64,000 nt of DNA. Source: an uncultured Verrucomicrobiae bacterium. GTDB lineage: Bacteria > Verrucomicrobiota > Verrucomicrobiia > Chthoniobacterales > Chthoniobacteraceae. Position 1 is the stretch's first letter. The number at the start of each line of letters is the position of its first letter. Shown here piece after piece: positions 28,114 to 40,228 of the stretch. The DNA lies in contig CAWHEP010000005.1 of NCBI GenBank assembly GCA_963828525.1, positions 157,079 to 221,078 of the forward strand. Direction: 5' to 3'. Made by a program: the position numbers and the translations under genes. The notes under the pieces are model-generated. The model did not search any database and was not told the DNA's origin. It saw nothing but the letters and a program-made list of their open reading frames with translations.

Positions 28114-31100
28114 TTACTTCGCCACAAGTTGGATCGCGCGCCAGTTGCGGCTCCCCACGTTGACCGTTATAGCGTTCCGTGCAACAGGTATCTGTCTCTG
28201 GGATTCGACATCCGCGCAGGACATCTTGCCGCGCGCCAGTCCAAGTTGGGCCACGTCGATATCAACGACTGCCTTTGTATCCTGATGAGTCGTGTTGAAG
28301 ACCCACAAGACAACATGGCCCGGTCGCGCGTGAGCCGATACAAGGACTCCGGGTGCGCGCGATTCCACTCCAAGACCCTGCTTCCAGTATGGCAGAAAGC
28401 GGATGTCGTCTCTCCAGAGTTCCAGCGACGCGGAGAGCGGGGGCCACGCCGCCACTCCTTCGGGTAAACAGTCGTGGAGGAGCACCCAGCCGAGGAATTG
28501 ACGCGTGAGAAACGGGGCCTCGGGCGAGTTAGCGCTATGGCGTTGCGTCTGGCACATGATGAATGGCGCGGAGCCGAGGCTGGCGCCCATACCGATGCTG
28601 CGCAGCCGGGAAGGCGGCAGCGCGTCCACGTAATCGCTCGTTCCGCTTGGCTCGACATTCTCCCCTTCCATGCTCACGTCAGGCATCCAGGAATACACCG
28701 CCTGCCCGCCGGTGGTATGTTCCCATAGATTTGGCAGCGGCTTCCCGCGCGCATGGAAGAGGTAGCGCAGCCGCTTGTTGAACTCGCGCAAGCCAAGGTA
28801 ACTGTACCCTGGCTGGACTGTCCCATCTGGGAGCAGGTAGGCCTGGCCCGTGAGGTAGTTGTCGTCCTGCGCAAGGTAGTTCTCGTCGAAGTAAAGACCG
28901 CTTAACCCCGATTTCTTGATCCACCGGTCGAAGTGCCAAAGCTGAAAATCGTTTGGCCCTTTGCTCCGCGCGACGTTCCCGTCCCCGCGGTCACCCGGCT
29001 CCATTCCCCAATCCGCGGCGAGATCTTCGAAGACACGGCCCTTGTAGTCGCGATACCTTCCGATGGAGTGCGCGATATTCCCCACGCACGGCACGACGCG
29101 CCTTTGGAAATAAGGGGCCATCGCGCTCGCCGATTTCTCATAGCTCCATGGGTAGGGGCTTGAGTAGTAGGGCCACAAGACAGCCCAGTCTGCTTCGCAC
29201 CAAAACACCGCGGTCTCGTTTGGCAATGCGTTCCCGGCGTCGATGTGATATCCCCGCCACCCGTGTGGCTGCGGTTTCTGCGGAGTTGCCATCCATCCAT
29301 ATCGGATCGTTGTGGAGCGCGCGGACTCCGGTTTGCGGCTGATGAAGCGCGCTCGCAGTGTTGTATATTTCTCATCTGAGCTAATCTGTTGAGCAGGTTT
29401 CTGGGGATCGATAATCCAGCCGGCGTCGTTGTCAGCGAACCAGCAGAAGCCCCTTTCAGAATCCGTCAAAAATAGGTACGGAACGAAATTACCAACGCGG
29501 CTCGTCGAAGCGGTTTCCGTGGAGTCCCAATGAGCGGGTGTCCACCCATAATAGGAAGCCCATCCTCCGCCAGTGGTGACAAAGCAAGGCGCTTCAGTTT
29601 TCGGCATTTTCACGACGAGCGACAGTCCATCGACCCCGCATCCCGCTTTGAGATCTATAGTCATCGTGTTGAAAACAAAGCCGTCGAACTCCACCCGAGT
29701 CGCTACCTTGATGCCAATCTCTCTGCGGAACGCGCTCCCCTCAAAGTCCGCTTCCGCTTCCGTTAACCGCTTTAACGTTGCCTCCCCGGGCGCAATCTTG
29801 ACGTCTTGTCCGTTGATCGTCGCGATCATCTCCATGGCCCCGGAGAGTTGTGGCTTTCCGCCATTCAATACTTCATCGGCGAGTCCCAGGCCGTTTAGGC
29901 GGTAGGATTTGTTCCACATGGATACCACGCCCTTTTCCCACTTAAGAGGCTCCCAAGGAGGGATGACTTTGTCCGAAACGCCTATGCTGTTTGGCGCCCA
30001 CTCGAATTGATAGCCGGACAGCGCTACAGGCGCGCTGCTTCGAGCGATTTCAGCGCCGTCAGGGCCGGCAAGCACGGCTTCCACGCGGTAACGCACGGCT
30101 TTTCGCTTTCCAGGAGCTGCAAGCCAGTCGGCCTCCGTCTCGATCGGCACGGGAAGACCGGAAACGTCCACGGTGAACTCGGAGTAGTCCAGGTTGAATG
30201 GCGCGATCTTCCGTTCCGCGACTGTCCGTCCTGTCGCGGGATCAACCAGCCGCGCGCTTCCAGACTCCGGCTTCCGCTCCATGTAACCGCGATCAATCTT
30301 GATGAGAATCACCTTGCTGAGCGGCGCGTAGGACGCGGTAAGGCCGAACGGCGCGGAATACGGGGAACTCTTCAGGCTCGCGGGTGGCGCGCGGACAAAT
30401 CCGTTCACCGCATAAGGAAAGATTTGCCGGTAAAGAACGCCTCCCCCGGAGGTCGCTTTCACCTCGCAGTAGCCGCTTCGAAGGGCGGGAGGCAACGATC
30501 CGTCCGACAGTTAGATCCAGGTGCTGCCGTTGCTGGGCGTGAATGTGTCTGCTGAACGTCTTGTCACTCCCGCTGGCCGTGACTCCAGTCCCAAATCGCA
30601 TTTCTATATCAATCTCGCTCGGGGTGGTCTCAGAACCCGTAATCGCCATGGGCACATTGAACCTGCCCGTGAAAATGCTTTCCACATTCAGCAACTGAAA
30701 TGCCGGGGAGTCTGGGTGAAAATGCAGGTAGCCATGGCGCTGGATATCTTCAAACGCGCCGCCGGGAGCCCATGCCCGAAACTTATCAGGGTCACCCAGG
30801 ATATCCGTGCCAAACAAGGCTCGCCAGGTCGTCCCCGGCTGGATGTGTTCAACGCCAAAGGAGGTGATCGGCGCCTTTGCCTCCAAAATCCACGCGTCGG
30901 CGCTCTCCGAGGATGCCACCTGCCACTTGCCTTGCCAGGACATCTGGGTGGATCCCAGCGAGGGGATCTTTAAACAATCATAAATTGCTGGATATGAATT
31001 AAGGATCGTTTGGTAAGTAGTTGCGGGAACTGCCAGGAGGTGAAATCCAGATTTCGTTCGAGTCGTCATTCACGATGTGATCGTCATCGGGCTTGCGCGT

Positions 31101-31400
31101 GCTTTTGCGCAGGAGCGAGTGCCACTCACCCCGGAGATTCCTGAAGCAGATATAAACGAAATTATCGTCATACGTGACCCATGTGGTGCTCTGGCATTTT
31201 GCAAGGCTGCTGGAGAAAGGCGTGACAAAGCCCGTGCAGGCCGAAGCCTGATCCCATTCTCCGGCCGACATTGTTCCGTCGATTTTCGGCGGGATGGTTG
31301 TCCTTCTCACAACCATCTCAGGCAGCGGAATCGGCTGATCCGCCGCGCGGACGCAACACGTCAGCGCCGCGAGCGCGAACAGGAAACGAATCCCCCTCAT
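28114..31400 (-). CDS. large secreted carbohydrate-active protein (CBM9-like N-terminus, glycoside hydrolase-like C-terminus), split by two frameshifts
   Basis: signal peptide, PKIDG...EW, YDDNFVY, GLYFDE; three overlapping ORFs. Confidence 0.6.
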
Positions 31401-32857
31401 TGTTGCGCGATCACAGGCTTGCCGTTCCTGTTCTCTACAAGGTAAGTGTGCCCTTGCGGTGTCGCGTCTAGGGTCACGTTTAAGCCAGGCCACGGCGCGA
31501 CCTTGACGGAGCTGCTCCCGCCTCCCTGCTTGAACACGCGCACCACCGCCTTGTCTCCGAGCCGCATGCCGGACCAGAGCGCCCCATCATCCTGAAGCGC
31601 GGGCACTTCAAGGTTCAGCGGCGTGCCATTGGACACTAGATCGCCATACGCGAGCATCTCGTCATAGACACTTGCCGCATCCTCAACTTCGCCGAGCGCC
31701 ACAGCCTCGTAACCTTCATGACGCGGATTGAAAACTTGCATGTCCGTAACTCCGCGCAGCCAGAGATGGCGCAACACCTCGCGATAACGTTCCCGGCTCA
31801 TAATGGGGATTTTCGGATTCTCATCATCGGGGCACCAGCGGCAAACCCATGGCACCGAATCGCGATGAGGAGCAAAGACGAGCCGGTTTGCCGCGTCGTT
31901 TGACACATCCGATAACAGGAGGCGGGTGTAGAACTGATCCACATGTTCCCGATCAAGTGTGAAGGTCGTTTTCCACGCTTGGAAAAATAGGGTATTCCCA
32001 TAAGCAACAGGATTGGTTGCTGTGAAAAAGAAAGGCGCGCTTGGGCAGATAATCTGGTCGGGCCATGTATGGATCGGATGTTGCGGAGTGGAGAATGCCG
32101 CCCGCCAATTCGTGGTTGAGCATCCGGGAAAAACGTCTGCTACAGGCGCGGCAAGGTAGGCGCCCGTCAGTTCCAGGTAGCGCCTCCAGCAATACGCCCG
32201 GAATGGCTCCAGCCCGCGTAATGCCTCTGCAGGGAGGGTCGCCCGACAGCGGGCGCAGTGCAGCGCCTGTTCGTAACGCTCCGGTCCGCCGAGCGGATCA
32301 CCCTCCCAGTCCATCCACACAGCGTCCACCTTTACCCCCGCGCTTTTGAACTTTCCAAGAGTAGCCCGGATCTTATCCGCATTGATCTGCCAGCCTTTTG
32401 TGATTCCAGGGCACGCATGGACGGGGTCGGCACTGGTGTAGCCGGCGTCAAATTGGTGCGCCCAATCCCTCGGGTTGCCTGCCTCCGAAGCGGGCCACAC
32501 TCCCGCGATTCCTTGCATCATGATGACGGGCGATCCGGCTTTTTGCATGGCCAGCGCTTGGGGGATCATCGTCTCATCCATATGGATATGTTGAGCGAAT
32601 CCCCGCGCCAGCAGCGCCTTGTAGATCGGGATTGTCAGGTTGCCGGAGGGCTCTGGTTCCCAGAGGATCATCGGCAACCGCGCGCCGCGATCGTGTGTCA
32701 GCACAGGCACATGCTCCAGGATCACCTGTATCCATGGGAAGGATGCGGGAACCGGCTGGCGTTCCGCATACAGCGGAGGCTCCGCCCCGCTTGCGCGCGT
32801 CGAAATCATTGCGAGCATGAGCGCAAGACCGATCCTCATGAAAGCGGCGAAACTCAT
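31397..32857 (-). CDS. secreted hypothetical protein (possible glycoside hydrolase fold)
   Basis: signal peptide, VWMDWE; overlaps the next gene by 4 nt. Confidence 0.6.
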   Translation of the reverse strand: MSFAAFMRIGLALMLAMISTRASGAEPPLYAERQPVPASFPWIQVILEHVPVLTHDRGARLPMILWEPEPSGNLTIPIYKALLARGFAQHIHMDETMIPQALAMQKAGSPVIMMQGIAGVWPASEAGNPRDWAHQFDAGYTSADPVHACPGITKGWQINADKIRATLGKFKSAGVKVDAVWMDWEGDPLGGPERYEQALHCARCRATLPAEALRGLEPFRAYCWRRYLELTGAYLAAPVADVFPGCSTTNWRAAFSTPQHPIHTWPDQIICPSAPFFFTATNPVAYGNTLFFQAWKTTFTLDREHVDQFYTRLLLSDVSNDAANRLVFAPHRDSVPWVCRWCPDDENPKIPIMSRERYREVLRHLWLRGVTDMQVFNPRHEGYEAVALGEVEDAASVYDEMLAYGDLVSNGTPLNLEVPALQDDGALWSGMRLGDKAVVRVFKQGGGSSSVKVAPWPGLNVTLDATPQGHTYLVENRNGKPVIAQQ

Positions 32858-32893
32858 GTCGGAGGGGCGTCGGCTGCGGCGCAAAGCCGCGGA

Positions 32894-33967
32894 TTAGAAG
32901 TTTGGCGTGGGCAACGCCGAAGCCGGGCTAGGAGACGGCGAGGGAACAGCGTCCGGCGTTGGAGATGGCAGCGGAGCCGCTGCCTTTTCAGTCTTCGGCA
33001 TGGCTGTGTCTCGCTTCAACAGACGAAACAAGTCGCTGTCAGTCGAGAGAACAAGTTGGGAATCTTTGGTCAGCACCTTGCGGTATGTAGTCATCGTTTT
33101 CAGGAAGGAGTAGAACTCAGCGGCCTGTGGGTTCTGGGTGTAAGCCCGCGCGTAGATTTCGGACGCCTTGGCATCTCCCTCACCCTTGATCTGTTCCACC
33201 TGCTTGTAAGCGGTGGATTGTATCTCGTTCAGGTCTCTCTCTCTCTGGCCCGCGATGCGCGCTGCTTCGCCCTCTCCCTCCGAGCGGAAACGTTGCGCGA
33301 TCTGCTGCCGCTCGCTGATCATTCGCTGATAGATGCGTTCGAGCACATCGGGATTGTAGTTCACCCGCTTGATTCTCAAGTCGAGGAGTTCGATTCCAAA
33401 ATCAGCCAGCTTGCCCGCCCCCGCGGTCATGATCTCAGCCTCAATCTTAAGCCGACCATACTGAATCGGACGCAATTCTCCTATTGTCGCCGCGTCCTGG
33501 GGGCCGCCCTTTAGTGTTTCATCCCGCTGTGGTTTTCGATCCTTGTCCGTGCGCACGATTTCGATGAGTTCATGCTTCGCGATTGAGTTGCGGATTTCGC
33601 TCCCTAGGATGTCCTCCAGCCGGGACTGCGCGCTGCGCTCATCGTGCAACCGCACAAAGTAAGTCTTCGGGTCGCGGATCCTCCATCTCCCAAACGCATC
33701 CACGTGAATGTAAGTTTTGTCCTTTGTGGGAATTGCCACGGGCGCGCCGTCCCACTCGAGGAAACGGCGGTCAAGCGTGTTCACCGTCTGTATGAAAGGA
33801 ATCTTGAAGTGCAGGCCCGGTTCAACAATCGGGTCCCCAACTGGTTCTCCGAACTGCGTGATGATGACCTGCTCCGTCTGATCGACCGTGTAGAAAGCGC
33901 CGGCAAAGAAAAGCAGCACGATGAGAACCGCCGCCCCGCCAGCCGCGGAAAAGATCATGCGCTTCAT
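32894..33967 (-). CDS. hflC: FtsH protease modulator HflC
   Basis: SPFH domain, RMISERQQIA..FRSEG, FYSFLK. Confidence 0.92.
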   Translation of the reverse strand: MKRMIFSAAGGAAVLIVLLFFAGAFYTVDQTEQVIITQFGEPVGDPIVEPGLHFKIPFIQTVNTLDRRFLEWDGAPVAIPTKDKTYIHVDAFGRWRIRDPKTYFVRLHDERSAQSRLEDILGSEIRNSIAKHELIEIVRTDKDRKPQRDETLKGGPQDAATIGELRPIQYGRLKIEAEIMTAGAGKLADFGIELLDLRIKRVNYNPDVLERIYQRMISERQQIAQRFRSEGEGEAARIAGQRERDLNEIQSTAYKQVEQIKGEGDAKASEIYARAYTQNPQAAEFYSFLKTMTTYRKVLTKDSQLVLSTDSDLFRLLKRDTAMPKTEKAAAPLPSPTPDAVPSPSPSPASALPTPNF

Positions 33968-34956
33968 TTCGACACCCCCTGGTTCATTAAGAGGGGCAGG
34001 ATAGGCAGCAACTGCTTCATTGAATCATCGATGATGAGTTTGTGACCTGCCCCGGGAAGAATATCGCCCATCGTTTCCAGGTAAATGCGGGCGCGGGTGA
34101 TCTCCGGGGCTTTGATATACTGCGCGAAGACCGCGTTGAATCCGGCTACGTCTCCCTCTGACTCGTTGACCCGTTTGAAGCGGTAGCCTTCCGCTCCACG
34201 GATCATCTGATCGGCCTCACCCTTCGCCCTTGGCACCGCCTTGTTGTATTCGCCGTTCGCGATATTGATCATGTTCTCCCGATCCTGCTGCGCCTTGTTT
34301 ACCTCGTTGAAGGACTCCTCGACCTGCACGGGAGGATTCACATTTTTTAGCTGCACTTGATCCACTCTCACGCCCAGATGATAAAGCGTCGCGAGTTCCT
34401 GCATGCGAGCGAGTGCCGCCACTTCGATCTCCTGCCTGCCGATGGTGATGACCTCGTCCACCGTTCTGTCGCCGATGACCTCTCGCATCGCCGCTTCGGA
34501 AAGATCACGCAATGTTTCCCCCGGGGAGCGCACGTCGAACAAATACTGCTTGGGATCCTCGATCCTGTATTGCACGACCCATTCCACAAGCGCTGCATTC
34601 AGGTCGCCCGTTACCATCGACTTCTCCTCATCTTGCTCCTGGCTCACCTGATCCGGATTTGAATAACCTGGCGTCGAAAAACCGAACTCAAGCTTCAACT
34701 GGCGGCGCGTCGGCACCACTGTCACCCCGTCAATTCCCAACGGCATCTTGAAGTGCAGCCCAGGTTGCACGGTTTTATAGTATTTCCCGAACCGGAGGAC
34801 CACTCCCTCTGCCTCCGCCCCGACGGTGTAATATGAAGTAAAGGCGATCATCAAAAGGAAGAACGCCGCGATACCCGCTCCAATCCAGCCCAGCGGCGGA
34901 CGATGCAGGTTTATGTTGATGACGTTGCGTGGAGGGTTGTACCCGGGGGTGGCCAT
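33964..34956 (-). CDS. hflK: FtsH protease modulator HflK
   Basis: VVLRFGK, MVTGDLN, APEITRARIYLETM. Confidence 0.92.
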   Translation of the reverse strand: MATPGYNPPRNVININLHRPPLGWIGAGIAAFFLLMIAFTSYYTVGAEAEGVVLRFGKYYKTVQPGLHFKMPLGIDGVTVVPTRRQLKLEFGFSTPGYSNPDQVSQEQDEEKSMVTGDLNAALVEWVVQYRIEDPKQYLFDVRSPGETLRDLSEAAMREVIGDRTVDEVITIGRQEIEVAALARMQELATLYHLGVRVDQVQLKNVNPPVQVEESFNEVNKAQQDRENMINIANGEYNKAVPRAKGEADQMIRGAEGYRFKRVNESEGDVAGFNAVFAQYIKAPEITRARIYLETMGDILPGAGHKLIIDDSMKQLLPILPLLMNQGVSK

Positions 34957-35182
34957 TGGGGACGACGGTATCGGAGTGGGGAAAGTTCCGCAAGCGTGGC
35001 AAGAGCGCCGCGGAAGCCCCGCGCTTCAGGATGGAGCGCCTCTCAATTCCTTTCACCTTCCTTCGTCGATTACTGGAGCGTCCGACACAAAACAGCGCGT
35101 TTTCTGACACTTGACCAACGCCCGTTTGCCCCGCATTATCCCGGCGAAATGCTGGCAATGATGCCATCTCACTAGAAAGTTT

Positions 35183-36202
35183 ATGACCAAAGCACTTATT
35201 ACAGGGATCACCGGGCAGGATGGATCGTATTTGGCCGACCTGCTGATCGAAAAAGGCTACGAAGTCCACGGGATCATTCGTCGAGCGAGCACCTTCAACA
35301 CTTCGCGCATAGATCACCTCTATACCGACCCGCACGTGCATGGCGTTCAACTGCATCTCCATTATGGCGATCTGGCCGACTCGGTGAATCTGGTGAAGTT
35401 AATCTACGAGTTGAAGCCGGACGAAATCTATCATCTGGGCGCTCAGAGCCATGTGCGAGTGAGTTTCGACATCCCCGAGTACACTGGCGACGTCACTGGC
35501 CTGGGCACAATCCGCATCCTTGAAGCGATTCGCGAGAGCGGGGTGAAAACCCGCTTTTACCAAGCCTCCAGCAGCGAACTCTATGGGAAGGTTCAGGCTG
35601 TGCCGCAGATAGAGACGACCCCGTTCTGGCCTCGCAGTCCCTACGCCGTGGCCAAGCTCTACGCGTTTTGGGCTACCGTTAACTATCGCGAAAGCTACGG
35701 GATGTACGCCTGCAACGGGATCCTGTTCAACCACGAAAGCCCTCGCAGGGGTGAGACATTTGTGACCCGCAAGGTGACCCGAGCGGTCGCCCGCATCAAA
35801 AAGGGCCTTCAGCCCGACCTCTTTCTTGGCAATCTCGAGTCCAAGCGTGATTGGGGTTACGCTCCGGAGTATGTCGAAGGTATGTGGCGCATGCTCCAGC
35901 AGGACAACCCAGATGATTACGTTCTCGCGACAAACGAAACCCACACCATCCAGGAACTCGTCGAAGAAGCATTTGCCCACGCGAATCTGGACTGGAAAGA
36001 ATTTGTGAAATATGACGCTCGTTATGAGCGCCCGGCGGAGGTGGATCTACTCATCGGCGACCCCGCCAAGGCGAAGAAGCATTTGGGATGGGAGCCGAAA
36101 ACCCGCTTTAAAGAACTCGTGAAGATCATGGTGGATGCTGACATTGCTTCTCTGGAGGACAGTCCACACGTCGCGGATGGCAAAAAGAAGAAGCCCGCTT
36201 AG
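35183..36202 (+). CDS. gmd: GDP-mannose 4,6-dehydratase
   Basis: [32 protein letters not shown]. Confidence 0.97.
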   Translation: MTKALITGITGQDGSYLADLLIEKGYEVHGIIRRASTFNTSRIDHLYTDPHVHGVQLHLHYGDLADSVNLVKLIYELKPDEIYHLGAQSHVRVSFDIPEYTGDVTGLGTIRILEAIRESGVKTRFYQASSSELYGKVQAVPQIETTPFWPRSPYAVAKLYAFWATVNYRESYGMYACNGILFNHESPRRGETFVTRKVTRAVARIKKGLQPDLFLGNLESKRDWGYAPEYVEGMWRMLQQDNPDDYVLATNETHTIQELVEEAFAHANLDWKEFVKYDARYERPAEVDLLIGDPAKAKKHLGWEPKTRFKELVKIMVDADIASLEDSPHVADGKKKKPA

Positions 36203-36269
36203 GCTGGGCTTCGGCAGGATTGGGAAGGGAATACCTGTTCTTCCCGCGTGAGCGGTGCGATAATACAGC

Positions 36270-37214
36270 ATGTTAGTGTCTGGCGTCGATTTGGCGGAAG
36301 AGATCCTCGATCTGAAACGCGAACGTCGCGCCGTCATCCTCGCTCATAATTATCAAAGCGCGGAGATCCAGAATCTGGCCGATTTCGTAGGCGATTCACT
36401 GGGTCTTAGCTACCAGGCCGCCCGCGCGGATGCCGATGTCATTGCCTTCTGTGGAGTGCATTTCATGGCGGAGACCGCCAAAATCGTGAATCCCGGGAGG
36501 AAAGTCATCCTGCCCGATCTCGACGCCGGCTGCTCTCTGTCAGAATCGTGCCCGGCAGAGAAGCTTGAAGCGTATCTTCGCGAGCATGCGGACAAAAACT
36601 ACTACGTCATCGCCTACATCAACTGCAGCGCGGGCGTAAAGGCGTTGTCGGATGTCATCTGCACAAGCGGCAACGCGATCAAGATTGTGGAGGCCACGCC
36701 GGCTGATAGGAACATTCTTTTCGTTCCGGATCAGAATCTTGGCGCGTGGGTCATGGAGAGGACCGGCAGGAAAATGGACCTCTGGAAAGGGAACTGTTAC
36801 GTGCATGTGGAATTCACGCGAGACAGCATTTCCCGCATCCGAAGCGAGTTCCCCGAAGCTCCAGTGGTCGCGCATCCAGAATGCGCGTATGCCGTCCGCC
36901 TCCTTGCGGATGAAGTGTGCTCAACGGAAAAAATGATCTCATATTGCCGCGATTCTCCCGCGTCGGAGTTCATCATCGTTACAGAATCGGGCATGCTCCA
37001 CCGTCTAAGACGCGAGATTCCTCATAAGACCTTCATTCCCGGGCCGACCGACACTTGTGCCTGCGCCGACTGCCGTTTTATGAAGATGAATACGTTGGAA
37101 AAGCTTCATGATTGCCTGCTAAACCTCGCCCCGGAGATCATCCTGCCTGAGGCGGTGCGCCTTCGTGCCGAGCTTCCCATCCGCAGAATGCTGGATATTA
37201 GCAGTCGGAACTGA
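36270..37214 (+). CDS. nadA: quinolinate synthase
   Basis: LAHNYQ, FCGVHFMAE, AHPEC. Confidence 0.96.
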   Translation: MLVSGVDLAEEILDLKRERRAVILAHNYQSAEIQNLADFVGDSLGLSYQAARADADVIAFCGVHFMAETAKIVNPGRKVILPDLDAGCSLSESCPAEKLEAYLREHADKNYYVIAYINCSAGVKALSDVICTSGNAIKIVEATPADRNILFVPDQNLGAWVMERTGRKMDLWKGNCYVHVEFTRDSISRIRSEFPEAPVVAHPECAYAVRLLADEVCSTEKMISYCRDSPASEFIIVTESGMLHRLRREIPHKTFIPGPTDTCACADCRFMKMNTLEKLHDCLLNLAPEIILPEAVRLRAELPIRRMLDISSRN

Positions 37215-38061
37215 ATGACGCTGGGACAGGCTCGCGTCGGGCAGCGTCAGTATTGTCTCCGAATCCTGTGTTCTGTCGCTGCGGCGGTCGTGATCGGCGC
37301 ATGCTCGCGTCCGGCGGATCCGCGCCGCCGCCGCCGCCAGCTTTTTCGACCTCGTCAAAAAAGGGCAGATCCAGCAGGCGTACGACAGCGCGTCTTTCTC
37401 GTTCAAGGCAACACAGAGCCTGGATCATTTTAGCCAGGTGCTCCGCGATCTGAAGCTGGATAGATTCCAATACTGCTCTTGGACATGGGAGGTGGTGAAG
37501 GGAGATGAGGCGAACTTCGAAGGCGAGATCATTTCCACGGACGGGGCGCGCGCGCCTGTGTTGATGACTATGTTGAAGCAGGAGGGCGAATGGAAACTCT
37601 TCTCATTGCGGACGAAGGCCACTGGGGATGTCATCCCGATGGAAAACAAATTCAGCCTCCTTCCCGCGCAGGACCCAACGAACGTATTCAAAAAGAGCGC
37701 GCCTCCGCTTTCGGAGGTGAAGAAGCTCGTCAAAGACTCGCTTCTGATCTTTAACAGCGCTATTCAGACGAAGGACTTCAGCGCGTTCTTCAACAGCCTT
37801 CCTAAAAGCTGGCAGGACAAATTATCCAAGCGGCAGATGGATGCTCTGTTTCAACCGTTCATCGATAAGAGGGTCGATATTTCCTCGATCAAGGATGTTG
37901 ATCCCGTCTTCGATTCCGAACCTCACATCGATGCGGAAGGGCGATTACTGGCCCATGGCTTTTATCCAGCCTCGCCGGCGCAAGTGCGTTTTGATCTAAC
38001 TTATACCTACGACCTGCCAACGTGGAAGCTCTCAGGAATCCAGGTCAGCCTCGCCCGCTGA
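37215..38061 (+). CDS. hypothetical lipoprotein (frameshifted in 5' part)
   Basis: lipobox-like IGAC and a long downstream ORF. Confidence 0.5.
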
Positions 38062-38067
38062 CCCGGG

Positions 38068-38710
38068 TCAGTTCGGCGCTGGCCGAGCGGTGGACGGCGT
38101 GGGGGATGGCGATGCCGCTGCTGGGGCGTGGACAAAGAAAAATGGGAAAACCCAATGCCCAGCAGGGGTGGGGGACGGCTGGAGCAGCGGCTTTGGAGCG
38201 GGATGATGCGGCGCTCCTCGTTCTGGAGGTATGCCATACACGCGCACTTGCGCGCCCAGCGGAACGATGTCGAAAAAGCGCATTGCCATGGCGCGCGGCA
38301 ACCTGACGCAGCCATGTGAAGCAGGATAGTCTGGGACGATTCCCGCATGCATCCCCGTCGCTCCGTCAAACCGCAGAAAGTAACTTCATCGGCGCCGCGA
38401 CAAAGACACCTCCCTCAGGCACTTCCATCTCGGAATCTGCGTCTCGCACGAGGACATCGCCCGTATCCTCGTCCACAATCTTTCCGTAGAGAGTCGAAAG
38501 GTGATTCAAATCCTTCTGCAGGACCTTGAAAGTCCCTGTAGGTGTTCGGTGTCCCGGACGCCCGCTTGAGATATGAGTCTCATAGACCGCGCGTCCGTCC
38601 TGAAGCAGGTACGCCTTCTGATCCTGGAGATCGATATCCACGGAGATCACAGCGGAAGCTGTCGTAAAACCGGTGGCGAGGAGCAGAAAGCAGAGTGAAA
38701 GGGGGCGCAC
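38068..38710 (-). CDS. L,D-transpeptidase family protein (frameshift near 38375)
   Basis: ISSGRPGHRTPTG and HAG...ASHGCVRL. Confidence 0.88.
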
Positions 38711-39046
38711 GGAAAAGGCATAGTATCTAAAGCAGTCTTTTCAGCAAGACAAGCCTCTCCGCGTCTGAAGTCCAGGGGGTGGCGTGCGTTGTGCTGCAAA
38801 TCAACCTTGAGACTGTCAATCAATGGACCAGTTTTTAAACCCGGACACCAACCTCCATGCGCGTCGTTAGACTATGGGTGCGGATGTTGGGAGCCGCTCT
38901 CACGGTCTATGGCCTCCTGGAGTTATGGGTCAGTCGGTACTCACTGGTCCCGGGGCTTTGATGACGCCCTTCAACACGACTTCGCTTTTGGCTGTCTCTT
39001 TTTCCTGGCAGGCCTCTGGATGATTGGTTCGGTTCGCTCCGGCTGA

Positions 39047-40030
39047 TCAAACGGGCCCCCGGATGTGAGGGGCCACCTCGCCTTCATAAAACTCCTCCAG
39101 CTTGGCATGGAGGAGATCTGCTAAAGGCGGCAACTCTGAAACGGCCGCGTTTTCGACCACCTGCGACGGTTTGCTCGCGCCAGTGATGATGACTGACACC
39201 GCGTCATGATCAAGAATCCACCTTTGTGCCATGCGCGCCATTGTCATTCCCGCTGGAACCAGAGGTCTCAGGGCGTCCGCCAACTCTACTCCCCTGTCAA
39301 AGGGGATGCCGGCGAATGTCTCTCCGACGTTGAACTTCTCGCCATCCTTGTTGTAACTGCGATGATCTTCTGCGGCGAAGCGTGTAGCCTTCGTCATCTT
39401 CCCCGCAAGCAGCCCACTGGCGAGCGGCAGCCGCGCGATGATAGCGACCCCTTTGTGAGCCGCGGCGTCAAAGAGAGCCTTGATCGGCTGCTGCCGAAAG
39501 ATATTGAAAATAATCTGCAGTGAAGCGAGGCCCGGTTGTTCCAAACACACGAGGGCCTCTTCCATCGATTCCACGCTCGCGCCGAATTGCTTGATCATTC
39601 CCTCCTGCTGGAACTTTCGCAGCCAGTCAAAGATCTTGCCCTCTCGCAACACCGACACCGGAACGCAATGCAACTGCGTGAGATCCAGCGAGCCGACACC
39701 GAGCCGCGCCAGTGAAGCCTCCGTCGCTGCTCGCGCGCCGGATTCGGTGTAGTTGTTCGGATACATGCCTCCGCCGCGGCCCAACTTCGTCGCTACGAAG
39801 ATCGGCTCCGTGCCGCCTTTCAGGAATTTGCCGATGAGCGATTCACTCCGCCCCTCGCCATAGACGTCCGCCGTATCAAAAAAGCTCACCCCGCTTGCCA
39901 CTGCCGTCGTAAGAATCTGGATGGCGAGCTCTTCGTCCAGGCTCCCCCAATCCCCGCCCCCGATCTGCCAGCATCCCAGGCCAATTTCTGAGACACGTCT
40001 CTGTGAGGGTCCGAATCCACGTGTCTTCAT
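39047..40030 (-). CDS. aldo/keto reductase
   Basis: IGLGCW, FDTADVYG, VATK, PLASGLL. Confidence 0.92.
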   Translation of the reverse strand: MKTRGFGPSQRRVSEIGLGCWQIGGGDWGSLDEELAIQILTTAVASGVSFFDTADVYGEGRSESLIGKFLKGGTEPIFVATKLGRGGGMYPNNYTESGARAATEASLARLGVGSLDLTQLHCVPVSVLREGKIFDWLRKFQQEGMIKQFGASVESMEEALVCLEQPGLASLQIIFNIFRQQPIKALFDAAAHKGVAIIARLPLASGLLAGKMTKATRFAAEDHRSYNKDGEKFNVGETFAGIPFDRGVELADALRPLVPAGMTMARMAQRWILDHDAVSVIITGASKPSQVVENAAVSELPPLADLLHAKLEEFYEGEVAPHIRGPV

Positions 40031-40228
40031 GGTACATTAGGAACAGTAGGAGTTCCTTTCTTAAAGATCGGGCGCTGATGCGTCTGGGGATGCAAAATTA
40101 AGCCCGGCATCCGGATGCGTGGGAGTTATCGCAGGCTTGGAAGCGCCTCCCGCGGGAATTCCAAGCGCCAAAAATTTTCCCGTTTCTTGCTTTGCTCCGA
40201 TCCTTCCTTTGTATGAGTCTCTCCCCAA